Positions 54,875 through 64,000 of a stretch of 64,000 bases of DNA are shown in pieces (the stretch's first letter is position 1; each line of letters opens with the position of its first letter). Location: assembly GCA_965205265.1 (NCBI GenBank), contig CBDBGH010000003.1, positions 4,448,001 through 4,512,000 of the forward strand. Reading direction: 5' to 3'. This DNA comes from Alphaproteobacteria bacterium. GTDB taxonomy: Bacteria > Pseudomonadota > Alphaproteobacteria > Bin95. The position numbers were made by a program, and so were the translations under genes. The notes below the pieces were generated by a model. That model was not told where the DNA came from and did no database searches. It saw only the letters and a list, made by a program, of their open reading frames with translations.

Positions 54875-55912
54875 ATGCGTAAACGGACAAGCGCGAGCGC
54901 CCTCCTGTTAGGCGGGCTTCTGGGCATTTCAGGATGCGTTAACCCGGATGCCGGCCTGCCGCCCGGCTCGACCCGCGTCGCCGCTCCTGCAGCGCCCGCC
55001 GTCCGCGAGTCGCCGGCTCCGGCGGCCCGGCAGGTGGCTGCGGCGCCTGCGTCCCGGCAGGGCGGGGAGAGCTTCGTCGTCAGCAAGGTCCGCCAGCTTG
55101 CCGGCGAGGCGGATGCGCTTGCCGAGGTGATCGACGGGCTGGAAAAAGCGCATGCGGGCCTCCGGGACGGCGCCCGCCAGCGCGCTGCAAGCTATCATCA
55201 GCGCGTCGGCGCCATCGAGGCGCGCCTCAAGATCGGCACGACCCGCGCCAATCCGAGGCTGCGGGCCGAGTGGAATGTCGCGCAGTCGATGCTGGCAGCG
55301 CTGGACCGCGATGTCGGCGCCTGGGATGTGCTGCGGACACGCGCCGCCGAGGCCGATTCCAGGGCCGCATTCCTCAACGACTCGGTGCTGAACGCCTTCG
55401 AACTGTCCGGCGCGGTGGAGGAAGACCACGAGGCGCTGCACGCCATCGGGGACAGGACGGCGCATATGACAGTCACCGTGACCCGCCTTCTGGACGAGGT
55501 CTCGGCCGCGTCGGAACGGCAGAGCCGGCTGGTGACGGCCGAGCGGCGCGAGCTCGCGCTTCTGGCGGAGGCGATCGACGCCGGCAGCCTCGAGGACGGC
55601 GTGTCGAGCGGGCCCTATGCGGCGCGGGCCGCCGAGGAGCGGCCTCTGGCGGTGGTCCGCTTCGACGATCCGAATGTCGCCTTCGAGGAAGCCCTGTCGG
55701 CCGCCGTCCAGCAGGTGCTCGACCGCCGGCCCGGCACGACATTCGAGGTCGTCGGCGTGTCGCCCGGCGGCAGCATGGCGGCGGCCGCGGACTATGCCGA
55801 CAAGGTCCACAGGAGCCTGCGCCGCATGGGTGTTGCGGCATCCAGGCTCAGGATCGCGACGCGGGCGGACAGCGACCTGAATGTGGAGGAAGTCCGCCTC
55901 TACGTCCGCTAG
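54875..55912 (+). CDS. hypothetical lipoprotein (coiled-coil region plus C-terminal alpha/beta domain)
   Basis: Lipobox ISGC; GTT..NP, LSGAVEEDH, PL.V.RFD, EEVRLYVR; normal codon usage. Confidence 0.7.
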   Translation: MRKRTSASALLLGGLLGISGCVNPDAGLPPGSTRVAAPAAPAVRESPAPAARQVAAAPASRQGGESFVVSKVRQLAGEADALAEVIDGLEKAHAGLRDGARQRAASYHQRVGAIEARLKIGTTRANPRLRAEWNVAQSMLAALDRDVGAWDVLRTRAAEADSRAAFLNDSVLNAFELSGAVEEDHEALHAIGDRTAHMTVTVTRLLDEVSAASERQSRLVTAERRELALLAEAIDAGSLEDGVSSGPYAARAAEERPLAVVRFDDPNVAFEEALSAAVQQVLDRRPGTTFEVVGVSPGGSMAAAADYADKVHRSLRRMGVAASRLRIATRADSDLNVEEVRLYVR

Positions 55913-56204
55913 AGCGGAATCCGACCGGTCTGAAGCGAAGGGCGGCTGCCTTTCGATACGCACTCTCACCCCGAGTAGCCGGGAATCGGTGTATCGAAGG
56001 GGCCTGTCCCGAGCGCCCCGAAGGGAACGGCCGGACTTCCGTTTCGGCTTGTCTGCGGTGCGGGCTGGCCACACCGCGCGCGCGCCATTCGTCGCCTCGG
56101 GCCGGGGCCCATTCATGCTCGCTATGCTTCCGCAGCCGGTGAAAAGAGGGCGGAACCGCCAGGGTCTGCCCCGGACCGCGTCCGGACCGCAGCGCCCTCG
56201 CAGT

Positions 56205-56296
56205 CGTCGCCCCGGACGCCCACAGGGCGAGCCGGGGTCTCCGGGCGAAGGGTTGCCCCTGTTGCACAAGGCCCCGGATCGGGGTCCGGGGCGACG
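56205..56296. repeat. REP-like palindromic cluster
   Basis: CGTCGCCCCGGAC (56205-56217) and its perfect inverse GTCCGGGGCGACG (56284-56296); related CGTCGCCCCGG palindrome at 60461-60490. Confidence 0.55.
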
Positions 56297-56328
56297 CAAA
56301 AGGAGCACCGAGCCTGCATCCTGAGCAG

Positions 56329-57252
56329 TTACGGAATGTCATGAAATGTCATGGTCGGGTGCGAAACCGGGGTTGCGGGGCGGGTTGAAGGGGGCGGCCC
56401 ATTCTCGAGCCGGTTGAGGCTGTCGGCCTGGCGGCGTTCGATGTTTTCCGGCGACCAGGGGTCGTGGATCTCGGCATAGTCGTTGCGGCGCTGGTAGAGC
56501 CAGTCGGTTTCCGCGCCCTCGGCGCGTTCCTCCTCGCCCGGGCGGTCGCCGTCGGCCCACTCGCCGGGGAACCGCTCCGGGTCGTAGGTGTCTTCGGGCG
56601 GGTCGTCAGCGAGGGGCAGGTCGTTTGCCGGAGGCGGCGGCGGGTCGAAGCGGACGGGCAGGCTCTCGCGCTCCTCGACGGCCGCCGTGAGCCTTGCGGC
56701 AACCTGCGCATGGGCGGCCCCGTCGAAGCCTTCCCCTGCCTCCATCGCCTCCCTGTTCCCGCAATGGCGGGCAAGGGCGCGTTCGGCGCGGGCGCGGCCG
56801 TGGCGCACGGCTTCGGCGAGGGGTCCCGGCACGGTGCCGGCCTCCTGCGCCTCGCCGGCCTCGATCTCCCCGAACTCGTCCTCCTCCGGCATCGACCAGA
56901 GCGCCGCCCGGTTGGCGGGCTGCGTCAGCCCCGCAATCTCCGCCTGGAAGCGGACGATCCGGACCATCATGTAGGCGGACCCGCTGGCCACCGCCGCATC
57001 CCAGGCCTGTTCCAGACGGGCGAGCACGATCTGCGCCTCGTCCCTCTCTGTGCGCCGCCACGACATGCGGATGCGCCGCACCCGCTCGACGATCCAGGGG
57101 CGTTCCAGCAGGGCGGAGCCGGTCTGCCTTGCGGAGCGTTCGGCATAGCCGGCGCGCCTTGCGGCGTCTGCGGCATTGCCGGAGGCTGTGTAGTGGCGGC
57201 AGAAGGCTTCCTGTCGGGAGGAGAGGGAGAGGGTCGGGTCGAGCACGGGCAT
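56329..57252 (-). CDS. terminase small subunit-like HTH protein (copy 2)
   Basis: Protein identical to copy 1 except one residue fewer in the Pro run (DPPPPPAND vs DPPPPAPAND); AAGGAG RBS. Confidence 0.8.
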   Translation of the reverse strand: MPVLDPTLSLSSRQEAFCRHYTASGNAADAARRAGYAERSARQTGSALLERPWIVERVRRIRMSWRRTERDEAQIVLARLEQAWDAAVASGSAYMMVRIVRFQAEIAGLTQPANRAALWSMPEEDEFGEIEAGEAQEAGTVPGPLAEAVRHGRARAERALARHCGNREAMEAGEGFDGAAHAQVAARLTAAVEERESLPVRFDPPPPPANDLPLADDPPEDTYDPERFPGEWADGDRPGEEERAEGAETDWLYQRRNDYAEIHDPWSPENIERRQADSLNRLENGPPPSTRPATPVSHPTMTFHDIP

Positions 57253-57605
57253 GGGTGCGGCTCCTTGGTTTCGTCTCATGTTCATCCGGCACACCGCCCC
57301 GGCACCGGAGCGACCCTTATTCGCGCGTCATCCTGCGCGGGCGCCTGTGCGCGGGCGGGCGCGTTTCGCGGCGGCGCGGTTCGCGCGCCTGATTGCCCGC
57401 GCGCGAGGCGGGCACAGGACGCACTTCGCCTGTCGGCTGAATCGGGGTCGCTCCGCACCGGGCCGGCGCGGGCGGGACGCGGTCCATGGACGCCGCTTCC
57501 CTCAGACCCATCATAGCACACTTTCTGATAATGCAAGTCATATAGAGAAATATTACTCAATTATTTCGAACAATATGTGTTTCACGCCGCCCGGCCGTCG
57601 GATTC
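56329..57605 (-). repeat. copy 2 (inverted) of the ~1.28 kb TerS-like element
   Basis: Reverse complement aligns with 26455-27731. Confidence 0.95.
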
Positions 57606-57700
57606 TCCGCTCGGGAACGCGAACAGGCGGGGGCCGGGGCGACAGTCCCTGCGCCTTCTTCGTCACGATCCAACGGGATCGGATGTCGTGCCGGGCGGAC

Positions 57701-58816
57701 TTACACCCCTCCCCAGATTTCCTCGGCAAGCGTTACTACCAATTCGAGCTTCCGCCGCTGGTCGTCATGGCCGATCCTGTTGCCGTGTTCGGTCGAGGCG
57801 AAGCCGCATTGCGGCGCGATGCCGAGCTGGTCGAGATCGACATATCGGGACGCCTCGTCGAACTTCCGCTTGAGGTCGTCGATGCTCTCGAGCTCGGGCG
57901 TCTTGGTGGTGATGAAGCCCGGCAGCACGCGCTGGCGGCCCTTGGCCAGCAGACCCAGCGGCTCCAGCCCGCCGGCGCGCTCGGTGTCGTATTCCATGAA
58001 GAAGATATCGACCCCGGTCCTGTTGAAGACGGCGTCGGCGGCCGGGTCGTAGGCGCCTTCCGCGGCGTGAGCGGACTGGAAATTTCCGCGGCAAAGATGC
58101 ATCGCGACCGTCATGTCGTCCGGGCGGTCCCCGATCGCCTCGTTCATCATCCAGGCATAGCGGTCGATCAGCCGGTCCGGGTCGTGGCCTTGCTGCTGCT
58201 TCTCCGCGCGGTGCTTCGGGTCGCAGAGATAGGCGAAGAAGATGTCGTCGAGCTGGATATAGCGGCAGCCGGCGGCGTAGAACGCCCCGACGGCCTTGCG
58301 GTAGGCGGCCGCGATGTCCGCGAACAAGAGGTCGGTATCCCTGTATTCCGGCACATGAATGTCGTCCGGCGTGAGCCGGAAATGGCAGCAGCTCGGGCCG
58401 GGGATCGAGATTTTGGGCGCCACCGTCGTGTTGGCGGCGACGAACCTGAAATGGTCGAGCATCGGGTGGTCGTCGGGGAAGTCGAGCCGGGCCGTGATCG
58501 TCGGGTAGAGCGGCGGGAGGCGCACGCCGGCGAATTGCACGCCCAGCTCGCGCGTCTCGAACTCGAACCCGGTCAGCATCTCCATGAAGTCGTAATGCCA
58601 GAACAGGCGGCGGTACTCGCCGTCGGTCACCGCCTTCAGCCCGATATCTTCCTGCATGCGGATGGCTTGCACGATCGCCTCGTCCTCGATCGCGCGCAGC
58701 TCGTCGGCCGGCATGGTCTTCTCGTCGAGGCATTTGCGGCGCGCCGCGACGACGCCGGGCGGGCGCAGCAGGCTGCCGACATGGTCGGCGCGGAAGGGCG
58801 GTCGCCGGTCGCTCAT
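57701..58816 (-). CDS. cobalamin-independent methionine synthase II family protein (MetE C-terminal-domain type)
   Basis: PPFRADHVGSLLRP, TDGEYRR, GCRYIQLDD, HLCRGN, F.EYD..RAG, PQCGFAS. Confidence 0.9.
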   Translation of the reverse strand: MSDRRPPFRADHVGSLLRPPGVVAARRKCLDEKTMPADELRAIEDEAIVQAIRMQEDIGLKAVTDGEYRRLFWHYDFMEMLTGFEFETRELGVQFAGVRLPPLYPTITARLDFPDDHPMLDHFRFVAANTTVAPKISIPGPSCCHFRLTPDDIHVPEYRDTDLLFADIAAAYRKAVGAFYAAGCRYIQLDDIFFAYLCDPKHRAEKQQQGHDPDRLIDRYAWMMNEAIGDRPDDMTVAMHLCRGNFQSAHAAEGAYDPAADAVFNRTGVDIFFMEYDTERAGGLEPLGLLAKGRQRVLPGFITTKTPELESIDDLKRKFDEASRYVDLDQLGIAPQCGFASTEHGNRIGHDDQRRKLELVVTLAEEIWGGV

Positions 58817-60027
58817 GGCGTCTCTCCGCTTGCGTCGGTTGCGGACCGGGCGAGCAGGCGCTGGAGCAGGGCCTCGTCGAGGCCCGCCTCGCGCAGCACT
58901 TCCTCGCTGTGCTGCCCCGGCAGGGGCGGCGGCCGGTCGATGACGCCGGAGCCGTGCGCCAATTTGAAGCCGGACCCCACCAGCCGCATCGGCCCCCAGG
59001 GGCCCTCGACATCCTGCAGCACGTCGCGGTGGGCGAGCTGGCGGTGGCCGACCGCGTCCGCGATGCTGCGGATTCGGGCCGAAGGCGCGCCGGCCTCCTC
59101 CAGGCGGGCTTCCCAGACCTCCGCGCCGCCGTCCGCAAAGGCCGCCTCGACGATTTCGCGCAGCTCGTCGGCATGGGCGGTGCGCGCGTCCCAGTCGGCG
59201 AATCGCGGGTCGTCGGGCAGGTCCTCGCGCCCGAGGGCCGCGCACAGCGCCCGGAACTGTTTCTCGTTGTTGACGGCAAGGAGGAGATGGCCGTCGCCCG
59301 CCCTGAACAGGTTGGCGGTCGGCTTGCGGCTCACGGCCTGGTTGCCGTACTGGCCCTGCAGATGGCCGGCGACGAGGTATTCCACCACCGCCGGCGACAT
59401 GAAGGAGAGCGCGGAATCGAGCATCGCGACATCGACCATCTGGCCCCTTCCGGTATGGCTGCGCTGGAAAAGCGCGCTCGCCACGGCGAAGGCGGCGGTC
59501 ATGCCGCCGATGGCATCGCAGACCGCGAAGCCGGCCCGGACCGGTCCGGTCTCGGCATGGCCGGTGACCGACATGATGCCGGAGGTGGCCTGGATGCGCC
59601 CGTCATAGGCCGCGGTCTCCCGGTCGGGCCCGTTCTGCCCGAAGCCCGAAACCGCGCAATAGATGAGCCGCGGGTTGATGTCCGAGAGCGCCTCGTAGCC
59701 GAGGCCGAGCCGGTCCATCACGCCCGGGCGGAAGTTCTCCATCACCACGTCGGCGCCCTTCGCCATGTGCCGGAGCGCGGCGACGGCGTCGGGGTCCTTC
59801 AGGTCGAGCGCGAGATTGCGCTTGTTGGCGTTGGCAGACGCCCACATCGGCGCCATCGCGCGCTCCGCCCACAGCTTCGAGGGCGGGGAGAAGCGCATGT
59901 CCTCGCCGCCCGGCCGCTCGATCTTGATGACATCCGCGCCGAGCAGGGCGAGCTGGTAGCTGCCGAACGGCCCGGCGAAGACCTGGGTGAAGTCGAGGAC
60001 GCGGATGCCGGAAAACGGCCTGGTCAT
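58813..60027 (-). CDS. CaiB/BaiF family CoA transferase
   Basis: GIRVLDF...AGP, LGADVIKIE.P, N.NKR...LDLK, ENFRPG.M.RLGL.Y, GQHS.EVL. Confidence 0.92.
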   Translation of the reverse strand: MTRPFSGIRVLDFTQVFAGPFGSYQLALLGADVIKIERPGGEDMRFSPPSKLWAERAMAPMWASANANKRNLALDLKDPDAVAALRHMAKGADVVMENFRPGVMDRLGLGYEALSDINPRLIYCAVSGFGQNGPDRETAAYDGRIQATSGIMSVTGHAETGPVRAGFAVCDAIGGMTAAFAVASALFQRSHTGRGQMVDVAMLDSALSFMSPAVVEYLVAGHLQGQYGNQAVSRKPTANLFRAGDGHLLLAVNNEKQFRALCAALGREDLPDDPRFADWDARTAHADELREIVEAAFADGGAEVWEARLEEAGAPSARIRSIADAVGHRQLAHRDVLQDVEGPWGPMRLVGSGFKLAHGSGVIDRPPPLPGQHSEEVLREAGLDEALLQRLLARSATDASGETP

Positions 60028-60065
60028 GTTGCGGGTCCTTCCTCGCGCTATGCTTGCGCCGCCAT

Positions 60066-60410
60066 TCAGGCCGCGGGGGCCGCCGGCGCGGGCGGAGGCG
60101 TTTCGGCGGGGATTATCTTCTCAAGTTCGTTTTTCAGCCTCCGTTCGGCATGCCGCAGATCGTGGTTCTGCTGCATCCTGAGCCAGAGGCCCGGATCGTT
60201 GCCGACGAGCCTGCCGATCCTGAGCGCCATTTCAACGGAAACGGGATGCGTGCAGGCCAGAACCCGGTGAAGGTGCTGGCGCGAAACACCGAGCCGGGCC
60301 GCCGCAGCCCCGGTGGACAGCCCCAGAGCCGGCAGAACGTCTTCGCGCAGAATCTCTCCGGGATGAACCGCAGGACGCCGGAGCGGGCGCTTCACGCGAT
60401 ATTCCGTCAT
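60066..60410 (-). CDS. higA: HigA family addiction-module antitoxin
   Basis: HPGEILREDVLP, A..LGVSRQ.L, VS.EMALR, WL.MQ..HDL. Confidence 0.9.
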   Translation of the reverse strand: MTEYRVKRPLRRPAVHPGEILREDVLPALGLSTGAAAARLGVSRQHLHRVLACTHPVSVEMALRIGRLVGNDPGLWLRMQQNHDLRHAERRLKNELEKIIPAETPPPAPAAPAA

Positions 60411-60425
60411 TTCGTCTTCTCCTCA

Positions 60426-60560
60426 GAGACCTTTTGAGAATAGCGGCGGTGCCCCTGCTGCGTCGCCCCGGCTCGGGGGCCGGAGCGACGGTGTTTTTGC
60501 GCTTTCGGCCCGGTCGCCGCGCGTCCGAATATCGCAAGGTGCCCATTCTCAAACGGACTC
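60426..60560. mobile_element. 135-bp MITE with 16-bp terminal inverted repeats and 3-bp TCA/TGA target duplication (IS5-family-like)
   Basis: tca[GAGACCTTTTGAGAAT...ATTCTCAAACGGACTC]tca; 14/16 TIR match. Confidence 0.7.
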
Positions 60561-60614
60561 TCAGTGATACTGCTCCAGATCGACGCGCGGCGCCTCGCCC
60601 TCCCGCCATTCTAA
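60561..60614 (-). pseudogene. C-terminal remnant of a HigB/RelE toxin
   Basis: Minus-strand LEWREGEAPRVDLEQYH*, resembling the HigB C-terminus (..VD.E.YH), directly upstream of higA once the MITE is removed. Confidence 0.6.
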
Positions 60615-60695
60615 CTTACGGCCCGGTCATGTTGCGGGTCCTTTCTCGCGCGCTATGCTCGCGCCACCATAACGCCGAAAGGGGGCAAAGAGGCC

Positions 60696-61841
60696 ATGGG
60701 CGCGCTGGACGGGGTCAGGATCGTGGAATTCGCCGGCATCGGGCCGGGGCCGTTTTGCAGCATGCTGCTTGCGGACATGGGCGCGGATGTGCTGCGGGTG
60801 GACCGTGCGGCCAATGTCGGCAGGGAGGCCGAACACCCGAAGTTCAACACCCTGCTGCGGAGCCGCAAGAATGTCGCCATCGACCTGAAGCACCCCGACG
60901 GGCGGGAAACGGCGCTCCGCCTCTGCGACGGCGCGGACGCCATCGTGGAAGGTTTCCGGCCGGGCGTCATGGAGCGTCTCGGCCTCGCGCCCGACACGCT
61001 GCTCGAGCGCAATCCGAAGCTGGTGATCGGGCGCATGACCGGCTGGGGCCAGACCGGTCCCATCGCGCATACCGCCGGGCACGACATCAACTACATCTCG
61101 CTGTCCGGCGCGCTCTATTCCATTGGCGAGGAGGACGGCCCGCCCGTGCCGCCGCTCAACCTTGTCGGCGATTTCGGCGGCGGCGCCCTCTACATGGCCG
61201 TCGGCATGCTGGCCGGCATCGTCAGCGCACGCACGACCGGCAAGGGCCAGGTGGTGGACTGCTCGATGGTCGAAGGCTCGGCCTCGCTGATGACCCCCAT
61301 GTACGGCGCGCTGGCCTCCGGGGCCTGGATCGAGGAGCGCGGCAAGAACCGCCTCGACAAGGGCGCGCATTACTACAATGTCTATGAGACGGCGGACGGC
61401 AAGCACATCTCGGTCGGCTCCATCGAGCCGCAATTCTATGCGCTGCTGCTCAAGCATACCGGCCTTGCGGACGCCGACCTGCCGGACCAGCTCGACCGGC
61501 CCCGCTGGCCCGAGACGCGCGAGCGCCTGCGCAAGATTTTCAAGACGAAGACGCGCGAGGAATGGACGGCGATCATGGAGCAGACCGACATCTGCTTCGG
61601 CCCGGTGCTCTCCATGTCCGAGGCGATGGAGCACCACCACAATGTCTTCCGCGGCAGCTTCGTCGAGGTGGACGGCGTGCGCCAGCCGGGTCCGGCCCCG
61701 GTGTTCGAAGGCACGCCGAGCGGCGTTTCCAGGGCCCCGGCCCATGCCGGCGAACACACCGACGAGGCGCTCGGCGACTGGGGCTTCGCGGCCGCCGAGA
61801 TCGCGCGCCTGAACGCCGTCGGGGCCGTCAAGCAGCGCTGA
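60696..61841 (+). CDS. CaiB/BaiF family protein (alpha-methylacyl-CoA racemase-like)
   Basis: AGIGPGPF, EGFRPGVMERLGL, GHDINY, NLVGDFGGG, YETADGK...VG.IEPQFY. Confidence 0.9.
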   Translation: MGALDGVRIVEFAGIGPGPFCSMLLADMGADVLRVDRAANVGREAEHPKFNTLLRSRKNVAIDLKHPDGRETALRLCDGADAIVEGFRPGVMERLGLAPDTLLERNPKLVIGRMTGWGQTGPIAHTAGHDINYISLSGALYSIGEEDGPPVPPLNLVGDFGGGALYMAVGMLAGIVSARTTGKGQVVDCSMVEGSASLMTPMYGALASGAWIEERGKNRLDKGAHYYNVYETADGKHISVGSIEPQFYALLLKHTGLADADLPDQLDRPRWPETRERLRKIFKTKTREEWTAIMEQTDICFGPVLSMSEAMEHHHNVFRGSFVEVDGVRQPGPAPVFEGTPSGVSRAPAHAGEHTDEALGDWGFAAAEIARLNAVGAVKQR

Positions 61842-61860
61842 CGCTGCCGCGCTTTACCCG

Positions 61861-64000
61861 ATGATGCCCGCGCCGGCGCCGGTCCGCACCGACATCCTGC
61901 TGATCGGCGGCGGCCATGCGCATGTGGAGGTGCTGCGCCGCTTCGCCATGCAGCCGGTCCCCGGCCTGCGGCTGACCCTGGCGACGCGCGACATGGCCAC
62001 GCCCTATTCCGGCATGCTGCCGGGGCTGGTCGCGGGCGCCTACAGCCATGCCGAGGCGCATGTCGATCTGGCGCCGCTGGCCGCCTTTGCCGGCGCGCGG
62101 CTGGTGCATGGCGCGGTGACGGGCCTCGACCTCGACCGCAACGAAGCCCTGATAGATGGCCGGCCGCCGCTTGCCTTCGACCTTGTCTCGCTCGACATCG
62201 GGTCTGCGCCGTCTCCGGCGGGCATCGAAGGCGCCGGGCACGCCCTGCCGGTCAAGCCGGTGGACCGGTTCCTCGAATGCTGGGAGGAGGTCGAGGGCCG
62301 GGCGGTGGAGGCCGGGGGGCGGTTCCGGCTCGTCACCGTGGGCGCGGGCGCGGGCGGCGTCGAGCTCACGCTCGCGCTGAAACGCAGGCTGGCCGTGCGC
62401 CTGGCGGAACGGGGCATTCCGGAGGAAGGGCTGCAGTTCACGGTCGTCTCGGATAGGCCCGAGGTCCTGCCGGCTTACGGCCGCGCGGCGCGGCGGAGGA
62501 TCGAGGCGGCGCTGCATCGCTGCGGGATCGAGCGGCGGACGGGCGTGCGGGTGGCGGCGGTCAAGCCCGACGGGGCCGTGACGGAGGCCGGAGAACTGCT
62601 GCCGGCGGACGCGGTGGTCCTGGCGACGCCGGCGGCCCCTGCCGGCTGGGTTGCGGCGTCCGGGCTTGCGGTCGATAAGCGGGGTTTCATGGAGGTGAGG
62701 CAAGACCTGCGCTCCCGAAGCCACCCGCAGGTCTTCGCGGCGGGGGATATCGCCGCGTTCGGCGCGCGCGCCCTGCCGAAATCGGGCGTCTTCGCGGTGC
62801 GCCAGGGTCCGGTTCTGGCGGAGAACCTGCGCCGGCTGGCGACGGGCTCCGGCTCCCTGCGCCCCTACAGGCCGCAGAAACGGACGCTCGCGCTGATTTC
62901 GACGGAGAGCGGGCAGGCGGTCGCCTCCTGGGGGCCGTTCGCCGCCGCCGGCGGCTGGGCATGGCGCTGGAAGGATCGCATCGACCGGCGCTGGATGGAC
63001 CGCTACCGCGACCTGCCGGCCATGCCGGGGGCGGCAGACATGCGCTGCGGGGGCTGCGGCGCGAAGCTGCCGGCGGACCCGCTGGCGCGTGTGCTGGCCC
63101 GCCTTCAGGTTGCGCCGCGCGAGGATGTGGCGCTCGGCCTCGGCGACGACGCCGCGGTCGTGCGGCCGCCGCCCGGCCGGGTCGCCGTTCGCACGGCGGA
63201 CCAGTTCCGCGCCTTCATCGACGACCCCTGGCTCTTCGGGCGCATCGCCGCGAACCACGCGCTCGGCGACCTCTACGCCATGGGGGCCGAGCCCCAGACC
63301 GCGCTCGCGCTGGCGACCTTGCCGCATGCGCCCGACGACAAGCTCGAACGGGACCTCGAAGCGCTGTTGCGCGGCGCGCTGGAGGTGTTGAACGACGCCG
63401 GTTGCGCGCTGGTCGGCGGCCACACGGCGGAGGGGGCGGAACTGGCGCTCGGCTTCGCCCTCGACGGCCACGCCCGCGAGGACCGGCTGACGGGCAAGGA
63501 CGGGCTGGAAGCGGGCGACCGGCTCGTGCTCGCCAAGCCGCTCGGGACCGGCGCGATCCTCGCCGCGCATATGGCCGGCCGCTGCCGGGGCGCGTGGCTG
63601 GGGGCGGCGCTTGCCGCCATGCAGCGGTCCAACCGCGAGGCGGGCGAGGCGTTCCGCGCGCATGGCGCGGTCGCCGTCACCGATGTCACAGGCTTCGGCC
63701 TTGCGGGCCATCTCGGCGAAATGCTCCGCGCCTCGGGCCGCGCGGCCGTTCTGTGGCCCGACGCCCTGCCCGTGCTGCCGGGCGCGGCGGACCTCATCGC
63801 GCGCGGCATCCGCAGCACGCTGCACCCCGCCAATGAGGCGGCGGCGGAGGCCTTCGACCCCGAAGATTGCCCGGTGCTGTTCGACCCGCAGACGGCCGGC
63901 GGTCTGCTGGCGGGCGTGCCGCGGGAGAGGGCGGCCGACTGCCTCGCCGCGCTCGCCGCCGCCGGCTACGCGCAGGCGGCGGTCGTCGGCGAGGTGCTGC
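61861..64000 (+). CDS. selD: selenide, water dikinase SelD fused to an N-terminal FAD-dependent (NDH-2-like) domain; runs off the window edge
   Basis: Hand translation from ATG 61861: LLIGGGHAHV, YSGMLPG, PVKP, VFAAGDIA, PKSGVFAVRQG, then MRCGGCGAK, DDAAV, ANHALGDLYAMG, LVGGHT, KPLGTG, TDVTGFGL.GH, DPQT.GGLL. Confidence 0.9.
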   Translation, partial: MMPAPAPVRTDILLIGGGHAHVEVLRRFAMQPVPGLRLTLATRDMATPYSGMLPGLVAGAYSHAEAHVDLAPLAAFAGARLVHGAVTGLDLDRNEALIDGRPPLAFDLVSLDIGSAPSPAGIEGAGHALPVKPVDRFLECWEEVEGRAVEAGGRFRLVTVGAGAGGVELTLALKRRLAVRLAERGIPEEGLQFTVVSDRPEVLPAYGRAARRRIEAALHRCGIERRTGVRVAAVKPDGAVTEAGELLPADAVVLATPAAPAGWVAASGLAVDKRGFMEVRQDLRSRSHPQVFAAGDIAAFGARALPKSGVFAVRQGPVLAENLRRLATGSGSLRPYRPQKRTLALISTESGQAVASWGPFAAAGGWAWRWKDRIDRRWMDRYRDLPAMPGAADMRCGGCGAKLPADPLARVLARLQVAPREDVALGLGDDAAVVRPPPGRVAVRTADQFRAFIDDPWLFGRIAANHALGDLYAMGAEPQTALALATLPHAPDDKLERDLEALLRGALEVLNDAGCALVGGHTAEGAELALGFALDGHAREDRLTGKDGLEAGDRLVLAKPLGTGAILAAHMAGRCRGAWLGAALAAMQRSNREAGEAFRAHGAVAVTDVTGFGLAGHLGEMLRASGRAAVLWPDALPVLPGAADLIARGIRSTLHPANEAAAEAFDPEDCPVLFDPQTAGGLLAGVPRERAADCLAALAAAGYAQAAVVGEVL

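Larger units (their letters stand above)
60015..60670. repeat. ~50-bp imperfect direct repeats (60015-60065 and 60618-60670) flanking a higBA relic
   Basis: acggcctggtcatgttgcgggtccttcctcgcgctatgcttgcgccgccat vs acggcccggtcatgttgcgggtcctttctcgcgcgctatgctcgcgccaccat. Confidence 0.85.

Overview
GC-rich chromosomal window of an alphaproteobacterium, probably Rhodospirillales-like. The accessory gene types resemble those of host-associated or symbiont genomes (inference). The backbone is housekeeping and catabolic: trmFO, hrcA-grpE / rph-rdgB-hemW, dps, methylmalonyl-CoA mutase with meaB, degP plus a two-component system, two ugpBAEC-type operons around ugpQ/glpD, CoA transferases, a SelD fusion, tRNA-Ile2(CAU) and tRNA-Arg(ACG). 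The most unusual feature is a ~1.28 kb element present twice in inverted orientation (26455-27731 and 56329-57605). It consists of an AT-rich promoter/operator, a ~250-nt strongly base-paired leader, a solitary terminase-small-subunit-like gene whose copies differ almost only by synonymous changes, and a 10-bp-periodic CATGACA motif at the 3' end. No other phage gene and no transposase accompanies it. Other oddities: an orphan Csx19-like gene just downstream of tRNA-Ile2, a decayed higBA cassette flanked by ~50-bp direct repeats and carrying a MITE, a Phd-antitoxin/integrase scar, a split TPR-glycosyltransferase gene and a HisD-paralogue catabolic operon. All family calls come from motif recognition without database searches, and start codons are best estimates.
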